A program made the position numbers and the translations under genes. This document shows positions 47,435 to 54,906 of a stretch of 64,000 bases of DNA, one piece after another. Source of the DNA: Pseudomonadota bacterium (GTDB taxonomy: Bacteria > Pseudomonadota > Alphaproteobacteria > Acetobacterales > Acetobacteraceae); the NCBI GenBank assembly GCA_023424475.1, contig JAFADX010000005.1, positions 400-64,399 on the forward strand. Direction: 5' to 3'. Position 1 is the first letter of the stretch, and each line of letters opens with the position of its first letter. Under the pieces are notes generated by a model, which was not told where the DNA came from, did no database searches, and worked only from the letters and a program-made list of their open reading frames with translations.

Positions 47435-47935
47435 CTACCGTGCCTCGGCGACCAGCCGGCCGCCGTGGATGAAGCCGTAGGTCGGGTAGGTGGTGCGGCC
47501 GAAATCGTCGATCGGCGGATACCAGACCCGCACCAGGGACCAGTCATTGGCCGCCGAGACATCCCGCACCGGCTGGTCGCGCGCGATGCGCCCGCGGTTC
47601 CGCCCCGATGCCCAGTTGGCGTGGTCCACGCGGATCTCCCGCGAGGAGACCACGCGCGTCACGACCGAAAGATGGCCGGTGCGGTTGCGGCTGGTGCGCA
47701 TGAAGACCAGCACGGACCCGACGCGGGGCGAGCGCGAGCGGTCGTAGCGGCCCGAGACGGCCGCCGCGGCCCACCACTGCCAGGCATCCCCCTGCAGGCC
47801 GATGCCCGAGCGGGCGCGGGCATAGGGCACGCAGGACAGCGAGCCCGAGGCATAGCCCGGCACCCCGCTGCGCGGCCCGGTTGATCCGCAGGCCGCCACC
47901 AAGAGCGCGGCCAGTATCGCGATCACGCGAAGCAT
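47435..47935 (-). CDS. CHAP-domain lipoprotein (putative peptidoglycan amidase/peptidase)
   Basis: Lipobox LLVAAC. Catalytic-type Cys in SCVPYAR and His in TGHLSVV. 166 aa. Confidence 0.7.
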   Translation of the reverse strand: MLRVIAILAALLVAACGSTGPRSGVPGYASGSLSCVPYARARSGIGLQGDAWQWWAAAAVSGRYDRSRSPRVGSVLVFMRTSRNRTGHLSVVTRVVSSREIRVDHANWASGRNRGRIARDQPVRDVSAANDWSLVRVWYPPIDDFGRTTYPTYGFIHGGRLVAEAR

Positions 47936-48018
47936 GATCCCGAACCCCCTGATTCCCCTGGATTCAATCTAGGGTGACTCGAAGGGAAAGGGGAGTATTT
48001 CGAGAGAGAAAAGGGAAC

Positions 48019-48038
48019 GGGGGAGGAGAACCTCCCCC
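48019..48038. repeat. GC hairpin GGGGGAGG-AGAA-CCTCCCCC
   Basis: 8-bp perfect stem read from the sequence in the 47936-48152 spacer. Confidence 0.5.
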
Positions 48039-48118
48039 GAGCCCCTCCCTTCTTTGGTTCCTTGGCGCCGGCCGCGGAGGTCGGCCGCCAGGTTCCAACG
48101 AAGGTTGAGGGGGGTTCG

Positions 48119-48142
48119 GGGGGAGAAGTTCCCTTCTCCCCC
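48119..48142. repeat. GC hairpin GGGGGAGAAG-TTCC-CTTCTCCCCC; shares a 12-mer with the hairpin at 4599-4631
   Basis: 10-bp perfect stem, 10 nt beyond the stop at 48153. GGGAGAAGTTCC (48121-48132) is the exact reverse complement of 4606-4617. Confidence 0.5.
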
Positions 48143-48152
48143 GACTTCTTCT

Positions 48153-48560
48153 TCAGACGGGCGTGAACATCGGCACCGGCGCGCCGCCCTCTTCGGTCGG
48201 CTTGAACACGACCTTCACCTTCTGCCCGACCTTCAACGCGTCGAGGTCACAGTCCACGATGTTCGTGAACATGCGGGGCCCCTCGTCGAGCTCGACATAG
48301 GCGAGCGCGTGCGGCTCCTTCGAGCGCATCACCGTGAACGTGTAGATCGTGCCCGTCCCCTTCGCCTCGACCAGCTCGACATTGCCCGAGAGGGTGAAGG
48401 GGGAGCAGCCGCGGGGATACCAGAAGTGCTTCCCGGTATCCTTGCATCTGCCGATCATGAACCTGCCGGCGCGCGCCGCGTCCCAGAACGGCTTGGTGGT
48501 GGGGTCTTCCTTCGGCGCCGGGATGGCGCGGTTGGCGGACATCGTCGCCATGGTGATCAC
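48153..48560 (-). CDS. Zn-ribbon/OB-fold protein (DUF35 family), thiolase partner
   Basis: 135 aa. FW.A...G.F..GRC..TG..FWYPR..C and an OB-fold tail. Overlaps the upstream thiolase-like gene by 4 nt. Confidence 0.8.
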   Translation of the reverse strand: MITMATMSANRAIPAPKEDPTTKPFWDAARAGRFMIGRCKDTGKHFWYPRGCSPFTLSGNVELVEAKGTGTIYTFTVMRSKEPHALAYVELDEGPRMFTNIVDCDLDALKVGQKVKVVFKPTEEGGAPVPMFTPV

Positions 48561-49729
48561 TCCCGCTCCATGATGAGGGTGGCTGCGCCGTGCCGGTGGC
48601 CGAGCAGGCCGCCGATGCCGTTGGCCAGAGCCAGCTTGCAGCCGGGCACCTGCACCTTGGCATGGGCCTCGCCGCGGAGCTGGCGCACCGCCTCGATGAC
48701 CTTGGTCATGCCGCCGCGGTTCGCCGGGTGGTTGTTGCAGAGCCCGCCGCCATCGGTGTTGAAGGGCAGCTTGCCGACGCCCGAGATCAGGTTGCCGTCG
48801 GCGACGAAGGCGCCGCCCTTGCCCTTCTCGGCGAAGCCCAGATCCTCGATCTGCATCAGCACCGTGATGGTGAAGCTGTCGTAGATCGACGCATACTGGA
48901 TGTCCTTCGGCGTCACCTTGGCCTCGGCGAAGGCCGCGGCACCGGACTGGCGCGCCGCGGAATAGGTCAGGTCAACCTGGCCGCCGGCCTGGTTCTTGGT
49001 CGCTTCGGCGCAGCCGAGCACCTTCACCAGCGGACGCTTGAGGGACTTCGCGATCTCCGGCCGCGCCACGATCAGCGCGCCGCCGCCATCCGAGATGACG
49101 CAGCAGTCGAGCCGGTGCAGCGGATCCGCCACCATCGGCGAGTTCACCACGTCCTCGACCGTCACGACCTTCGGCAGCATGGCGTGCGGGTTGTGCTGCG
49201 CATGCTGGGAGGCGGCGACCTTGATCCAGGCGAGTTGCTCGGAGGTGGTGCCGTATTCGTGCATGTGGCGCCTGGCGACCATCGCGTAGGAGGTCACCAC
49301 GGTGCGCGCCATCGGGATCTCGAACGGATCGTCCGGGATGTTCGGCGCCCAGGAGCGCGGCACCGTGCCGGTTGCCATGCCCTCGGCGCGCGGACGGCCG
49401 GCGAGCGTGATCAGCGCGACGTTGCAGCGGCCTTCCCTGATCGCCTGCGCGGCATGGCCGACATGCATGACATAGGAACAGCCGCCCATGTCGGTGCTGT
49501 CGACATGGCGGAGCTTCGTCAGCCCCATGTAGTCCGCCATGTTGATCGGGCCGAGGCCCGGGGCGGCGGAGGTGCAGAAGAAGCCGTCCACGTCGTCCTT
49601 GGACAGGCCCGCATCCTGCAGGGCGCCATAGGCGACCTCCGCATGCAGCTGGGCGACGGACTGGCCCTCGGCCTTGCGCGTCGGGTGCTCGAAGGCCCCG
49701 ACGATATAGGCTGCGCCGTTGATGCTCAT
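48557..49729 (-). CDS. Thiolase-like protein (SCP-x/lipid-transfer type)
   Basis: 390 aa. GAYIVGAFEHPTRK and NTDGGGL..NHP motifs. Canonical pairing with a DUF35 gene. Confidence 0.85.
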   Translation of the reverse strand: MSINGAAYIVGAFEHPTRKAEGQSVAQLHAEVAYGALQDAGLSKDDVDGFFCTSAAPGLGPINMADYMGLTKLRHVDSTDMGGCSYVMHVGHAAQAIREGRCNVALITLAGRPRAEGMATGTVPRSWAPNIPDDPFEIPMARTVVTSYAMVARRHMHEYGTTSEQLAWIKVAASQHAQHNPHAMLPKVVTVEDVVNSPMVADPLHRLDCCVISDGGGALIVARPEIAKSLKRPLVKVLGCAEATKNQAGGQVDLTYSAARQSGAAAFAEAKVTPKDIQYASIYDSFTITVLMQIEDLGFAEKGKGGAFVADGNLISGVGKLPFNTDGGGLCNNHPANRGGMTKVIEAVRQLRGEAHAKVQVPGCKLALANGIGGLLGHRHGAATLIMERE

Positions 49730-49912
49730 GGCGGGGGCGGTTCCTCCTGCTGGTTCGGACGGCCGGCAGGGAAGCAGCGTCGGCCCGGCCTGTCGAGGGG
49801 CGGGCCGGCATGGCTGCCGTGAGGACGTGCATCGGGGGCAAAAGGATCCCGCCGGGGTCGAGGCGGGATTGCCTCGCCCCGGCGGGGCTTCACTGCCTGC
49901 TGGGGGGCATTG

Positions 49913-50530
49913 TCAGCGCGGCAGGAACTCGGCGAAGTATTCGTAGCTGTCGGCGTTCATCTGGGCGGCCCGGGGGTCGTCCTTGGCCAGGGCCTCGACG
50001 CCGCGCGGCTGGTAGGCATGGTCCCGGGTGCCGAGGGCGAGATGGCTCATCTCGTGCACCACGATGCCGCCCTGGCTGTCCTGGCCGGCGCGGCCGGCGC
50101 GGAAGAAGGCCGGGCAGAAGCCCATCGTCTCCCGCCCCGCGCCGCCCCAGCGGACATAGGCGAACATGCCGCTGCGGCAGGCATCGGCGCGGTTGCATTC
50201 GAAGACGAGGCGCGGCTCGCGCTCCTCCAGCCCCGCCGAGATGGCGCGGAAGTTCTTGGCCACCGCCCCGGCCGGGTTGGAGCCGAAGAACCGGGCGAGG
50301 TGCGGCCGGACACCCCTGGACTCGAAGGTCAGTGCGGCAATCGAGGCATTGGCCATCTGCCGGGCATCGGCGAAGGCACGGCGGATGACGGTGCGCTGGG
50401 CGCCGGTGCAGGCGCCGTTGGCGTTGGCGGCTTCGCCGTCCCAGCCCTTCACGCCCTGGGCCGAAGCCTGCAGCGGCGCGAGGGTCAGCGCGGCAAGGGC
50501 GAAGGCGGTCGCGGCGAGGGTCTTGCGCAT
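49913..50530 (-). CDS. Secreted aspzincin-like metalloprotease (M35-like)
   Basis: Start at MRKTLAATAFALAALTLAPLQASA (signal peptide). HEMSH followed by GTRDHAY resembles the HExxH + GTxDxxYG aspzincin signature. Confidence 0.5.
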   Translation of the reverse strand: MRKTLAATAFALAALTLAPLQASAQGVKGWDGEAANANGACTGAQRTVIRRAFADARQMANASIAALTFESRGVRPHLARFFGSNPAGAVAKNFRAISAGLEEREPRLVFECNRADACRSGMFAYVRWGGAGRETMGFCPAFFRAGRAGQDSQGGIVVHEMSHLALGTRDHAYQPRGVEALAKDDPRAAQMNADSYEYFAEFLPR

Positions 50531-50600
50531 CTCGGTCTGCCTTCCTCTCGGGTGGCAGGCAGACCATGCCGCACCGGAGCCGGCCCGGCGCTGAAACGGT

Positions 50601-51716
50601 TCAGGCCGCGGCGGGGGCCGCGCCGGCGCGCTTCTCCCGCGCGTTCCGCAGCAGCGCGAGGCCGCGATACACCCCATGCACCATCTTCGAGTAGGGCATC
50701 GCCAGGAAGAAGGCGAAGACCAGGCCCAGGTGAATCGCGAGCATGATGCCCATCGCCCCGGTGTGGCGGACCGCCAGCAGCAGCAGCCCGGTCGCGGCGA
50801 TCAGGAACAGCAGCGCGAGCATCGCGAATTCGCCGCCCGCCAGGCGCTTCGCCACCGGCCCGGGATCGGTGACGATCTTCACATGTGCGAGGCCCGCGGC
50901 GCCGATCATCATCAGCACGCCGCCCCAGAAGCCGAACTGCACCGGCAGGGAGAGGAAGGCGTGCGGCGACACCCAGCCGAGCAGGTAGTGATAGACCGTC
51001 CCCGTGCAGGTGGCGGCGAAGCAGAGCATGAAGCCGCCGAACAGCGCCTGGTGCAGCCAGCGACGATGCATCGAGAAGCCGTCATCGGTGTCGTTGCAAC
51101 CGTGTCCGCCGCCGCCTAGGTTGCGCAGCGTGACGATGTCCACCGCCGCCTCGGCCGCCGGTGCCGGGGCGAAGGCGCCCGGGGGGCTTCCCGTCGCGCG
51201 CCAGTAGTTCCGCGCCCCCATCGCCATGGCGAGAAGCGCATAGCCGAAGGTCAGCACGCCGAGCGTGATCATCAGCCAGTGCGGGACGACGCGGAAGAAG
51301 GCACCGGCGCCGCGCTGCGCCGACCATAGCACGCCCGGGTCCTGCAGCGCGACGGCCAGCACCAGCGCCAGCGCCACGCCGAGCGCGGCGAACAGCGAAA
51401 CGAGGGTGCCGTTGCGCTCGAACAGCCGGCCCATCGGCGCGGGCCAGGCGTTCTTCGCGTAGGAGTCCTGCCGCAGTTCGGCGAAGGTCGCGGGGATGTT
51501 CATGCCGAAGGCGTGCGGGGGGGCATACTGGCAGGCGTGGTAGCAGCCCTTGCAGCCATGGCAGAGGTTGGCGAGGTGCATGAGGTCGCCCTCGGTGAAG
51601 GCGCGGCGCATCGTCATCGCGGGGAAGACGGCGCAATAGCCTTCGCAGTAGCGGCAGGCGTTGCAGATCTCCATCAGCCGCCGGGCTTCGGCGACGGTCT
51701 CGCTGTCCTGGGCCAT
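50601..51716 (-). CDS. tcuB: Tricarballylate utilization 4Fe-4S membrane protein TcuB
   Basis: ICNACRYCEGYCAVFP and CHGCKGCYHACQYAPPH cluster motifs plus a multi-helix membrane domain. ATG at 51716 (GTG at 51719 is also possible). Confidence 0.85.
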   Translation of the reverse strand: MAQDSETVAEARRLMEICNACRYCEGYCAVFPAMTMRRAFTEGDLMHLANLCHGCKGCYHACQYAPPHAFGMNIPATFAELRQDSYAKNAWPAPMGRLFERNGTLVSLFAALGVALALVLAVALQDPGVLWSAQRGAGAFFRVVPHWLMITLGVLTFGYALLAMAMGARNYWRATGSPPGAFAPAPAAEAAVDIVTLRNLGGGGHGCNDTDDGFSMHRRWLHQALFGGFMLCFAATCTGTVYHYLLGWVSPHAFLSLPVQFGFWGGVLMMIGAAGLAHVKIVTDPGPVAKRLAGGEFAMLALLFLIAATGLLLLAVRHTGAMGIMLAIHLGLVFAFFLAMPYSKMVHGVYRGLALLRNAREKRAGAAPAAA

Positions 51717-51720
51717 CACC

Positions 51721-53118
51721 TCAGTTCCTCACCAGCTTCGCCGCTTCCGCACCCGCGATGCGGCCGAACACCGTGCCGATCGCCATGCCGAAGCCGGCCA
51801 GGTAGCCCTGGCCCAGGATGTTGCCGGACATGATCTCGCCCGAGGCGAACATGTTCGCCGAGGGCCTGCCGTCCGCCATCATCACCCGGGCCTGCCCGTT
51901 CACCTTCACGCTGAGGAAGGTGAAGGTGATGCCGGGCCGCAGCGGGTGGCAGTAGTAGGGCGGCGTGTCGATCTTCCGCGCCCAGTGGGATTTCGGCGGC
52001 GCCAGCCCCTCGGTGCGGCAGTCGTCGAGCGACTGCGCCTTGAAGGTGCCGGGCTGCACCGCGGCGTTGTAGTCGGCGACGACCTTCCCGAGCTTGCCGG
52101 CATCGAGGCCGATCATGCCGGCGAGTTCGGCGATCGTGTCAGCCCTGTAGGGCGCGAAGACCGGCGGCAGGTAGTTGAGCTGCGCCTGGGAATCGTTGAT
52201 GGCGAAGGCGACCTGCCCGGGCTGCTGCGCGATCAGCCGGCCCCAGATGGCGTAGCGCTTCGGCCAGACATCCTCGCCCTCGTCGTAGAAGCGTTCGACG
52301 TCGCGGTTCACCACGATGGAGAAGGGCACGCAGTCGAGGCGCATGGCGAGGCCGCCATCCTCCATCGGCGCGCGGGCGTCGTTCGCGACGGCATGGAACT
52401 GCGTGGGGTCGCCGACCTCCTGCACGCCCTGGCCGAGCAGGTCCTTGAGCAGCCTGCCCTGCGCATAGGGCGTGCCGCGGATCTGGAAGTTGTCCGCCGC
52501 ATCGCCCCAGTATTTCCGCAGCCATTCGCGATTGGCCTGAAAGCCGCCGGCCGAGGCGACAAGGGCCTTGAACCTGATGGTGGCGGGGAAGCCGCGGTGG
52601 GAGACGACGGCCTCGGTGGCGAAGCCGTCCTTCACCGCCACGTGCTGCACCTCGGTGTCGTAGAGGATGGTGATGCCGAGCGCCTCCGCCGTCCGGTACA
52701 GCGCATTCACCAGCGCCTTGCCGCCGCCCAGGAAGAAGGCATTGGTGCGCGACAGGGAGAGCGTGCCCGACAGCGAAGGCTGGAAGACCACGCCGCAGGA
52801 TTCGAGGAATTTCGGCGCTTCCTCCGATGCGCGGATGCACATGCGGGCGAGCGGCTCGTCGGTCTTCCCCGCCGTGACGCGGCGCAGATCGTCCCAGTAT
52901 TCCTCCTCCAGGTAGGAGTCGGTCAGCACGCCGGTCGGGCCATGGTGGAGGGAACGCACGTTGCGGGTATGGCGCGAATTGCCGCCGCGCATCGGCTTCG
53001 GCGCATGCTCGGCCACCACCACCGAGGCGCCGGCGCGGCGCGCGGTGATGGCGGCGCAGAGCGCGGCATTGCCGCCGCCCGCCACCAGCACGTCGAAGGT
53101 CTGCGTCAGGTCGACCAT
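51721..53118 (-). CDS. tcuA: FAD-dependent tricarballylate dehydrogenase TcuA
   Basis: Start at MVDLTQTFDVLVAGGGNAALCAA. GGNSRHTRN and GEIMSGNILGQGYLAGFGM motifs. 465 aa. Confidence 0.85.
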   Translation of the reverse strand: MVDLTQTFDVLVAGGGNAALCAAITARRAGASVVVAEHAPKPMRGGNSRHTRNVRSLHHGPTGVLTDSYLEEEYWDDLRRVTAGKTDEPLARMCIRASEEAPKFLESCGVVFQPSLSGTLSLSRTNAFFLGGGKALVNALYRTAEALGITILYDTEVQHVAVKDGFATEAVVSHRGFPATIRFKALVASAGGFQANREWLRKYWGDAADNFQIRGTPYAQGRLLKDLLGQGVQEVGDPTQFHAVANDARAPMEDGGLAMRLDCVPFSIVVNRDVERFYDEGEDVWPKRYAIWGRLIAQQPGQVAFAINDSQAQLNYLPPVFAPYRADTIAELAGMIGLDAGKLGKVVADYNAAVQPGTFKAQSLDDCRTEGLAPPKSHWARKIDTPPYYCHPLRPGITFTFLSVKVNGQARVMMADGRPSANMFASGEIMSGNILGQGYLAGFGMAIGTVFGRIAGAEAAKLVRN

Positions 53119-53140
53119 GGGGGGCCCTCGATTTGGTTTT

Positions 53141-53158
53141 CTGTATACAGTTGTATCC
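53141..53158. promoter_or_regulatory. AT-rich palindrome TGTATACA followed by TTGTATCC upstream of tcuA, candidate GntR-type operator
   Basis: CTGTATACAGTTGTATCC read directly, 23-40 nt upstream of the tcuA start. The reverse complement begins GGATACAA, as does the site at 7445. Confidence 0.35.
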
Positions 53159-53643
53159 ACATCTGTCCAGCCAGGCGCCGCGATGGTCTTCAGGAGGCAG
53201 ATCGAGAAAGGCAACGCCTTCCTCCGCCCGCACGACGTGCAGCATGACCACCATCCCGCCGAGGGCAGCTTCGAGCCCCGGCTGCCGGCCCAATGCCCGG
53301 CCCCTTGCCGGTGCCGCCTGCCGATGATCCTCCGCCGGCGGGGCGCCGGGCGATGACGGATGCCGTCACCCTCAACGGCGGCGGTCCGACCGGACGCAGG
53401 AGGCCGGCCATTCACGGACCCCAGGCACCCCGGCGCGCCGCCGAACCGCGAGCCGCGGCCGGTGCGGCCGGGCCAGGCCGCGGCAGGCAACGGATGGCCC
53501 GCGGCACCTTCGACATCGCCACGCAGAAATGCGGCCGCCGGACCCTAATCGCGACCCGGCAGGCCGGGGCGGTCCGCCAGGCTCATAGCGGCCTGAGACG
53601 GCCGCGCTTCCGGCCGCCCCATGTCCTCGGCTAGGACTCGGGC

Positions 53644-54330
53644 ATGGACGGCACCGCAACCGCCACGCGCGACCTCGGCCAGGAAGCCTATGGCCGGATC
53701 CGGGCGGCCATCCGCGACGGCAGCCTCGCCCCGGGCGAACGGCTGACCGAGACCGATCTCGCCGCCCGGTTCGGCGTCTCCCGCACGCCGGTCCGCCAGG
53801 CGATCGCGCGGCTGGAGGCGGAGGGGCTGCTCACCCGCGAAACCCGCCGGGGCCTGACGGTGACGCGCCCCGACCACCAGCAGGTCATCGAGCTCTATGT
53901 CATGCGGGAGGTGCTGGAAGGTGCGGCCGCGCGCCTCGCCGCGCAGCACGCGAGCGAGACCGAGATCGCCGCCATGGCCGAGATCGTCGAGCAGGAACCG
54001 GCTGCCTTCCGCGACGCCGGCGCACTCGCCGAGGTGAACCAGCGCCTGCACGGGCTGCTCTACCTCGCCGCCCATAACCGCTACCTGCTGCGCAGCCTCG
54101 AACAGCTCGCCGCCACCATGGCCCTGCTGCCGACCCTGCTGACGCAGGGCGGCCGCGCCGAGCAGGCCCATGCCGAACACCGCGCCATCATCGCCGCGCT
54201 CCTCGCCCGCGACGGAACAGCCGCGGAAGCCGCCGCGCGCGCCCATGCCCGCGCGGCGCAGAGGCACCGGCTGGCCTGGATGGTGCGGACCCTGGGCGTG
54301 CCGCTGGCAGCCCCGGGGGCGGGCGGCTAG
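53644..54330 (+). CDS. GntR-family transcriptional regulator (FadR/FCD subfamily)
   Basis: 228 aa. LTETDLAARFGVSRTPVRQAIARLEAEGLL HTH. The stop TAG lies in the CTAGAG terminus of MITE A copy 2. Confidence 0.85.
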   Translation: MDGTATATRDLGQEAYGRIRAAIRDGSLAPGERLTETDLAARFGVSRTPVRQAIARLEAEGLLTRETRRGLTVTRPDHQQVIELYVMREVLEGAAARLAAQHASETEIAAMAEIVEQEPAAFRDAGALAEVNQRLHGLLYLAAHNRYLLRSLEQLAATMALLPTLLTQGGRAEQAHAEHRAIIAALLARDGTAAEAAARAHARAAQRHRLAWMVRTLGVPLAAPGAGG

Positions 54331-54436
54331 AGCAGATCCCGATCAGGTGATGCCACCTGATCGGGCGAAGATGCTCGCAGAAACGACGGGCCAGAGACAT
54401 TGCCGTGAGCCAGGGCGAACGGGAACGGCTCCAGAG
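54327..54436 (+). mobile_element. MITE-like element, family A (copy 2)
   Basis: Collinear with 39695-39802 and 62507-62616. The right end (GGCTCCAGAG) is shared with the left end of the abutting B copy. Confidence 0.7.
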
Positions 54437-54563
54437 CATGTTCCGATCTGTCGGAACCGGCACCGGCCCGCACCCCCACCCGGCCACCCAACAACAACAG
54501 TATCCTGGAGGAGTGGCCGGGTGGGGGTGCGGGCCGGTGCCGCCTGATCGAAACGAGCTCTAG
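54431..54563 (+). mobile_element. MITE-like element, family B (copy 2)
   Basis: CCAGAGCATGTTCCGATCTGTCGGAACCGGCACCGGCCCGCACCCCCACCCGGCCAC ... GTGGCCGGGTGGGGGTGCGGGCCGGTGCCGCCTGATCGAAACGAGCTCTAG, with a perfect long stem. Confidence 0.7.
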
Positions 54564-54906
54564 GCCCCTCGGCGGGCAGGGGCCAAGGGGATCACGGCCT
54601 CCGACGGCGCCGTGCGGAAGGCCGCCCGCGGCGCCTTCGCCGGGGCCATCCGGGGCGACCCGCCGCGCCTGCACGGCTGGCAAGGGCATTGGCGCGTGGT
54701 GCCGCCCCGCCATGCCCGTACAGACGCGGCCGTCACCATCGCCATGCGCCCCGCCGCCGGGCCATCACATCGGCGGCCCGACCTTCGGGACGCGAGGCGG
54801 GGTCCTGGCCATCCGCGACGGCTACGCCGATCCGCCGCACGCGCCGGGCGGTTGACGCCGCCGCGCGGGCGGCGAAGGCTGGGCGCCTGCATCCGGAGCC
54901 TGCCCG

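Noticed and set aside
53190-53659. ORFs in the tcuA-gntR spacer (53293-53634 plus strand, 53372-53659 minus strand).
   Set aside because: Their Arg/Pro/Ala/Gly-rich composition, lack of any recognisable domain and mutual overlap indicate they are probably non-coding.
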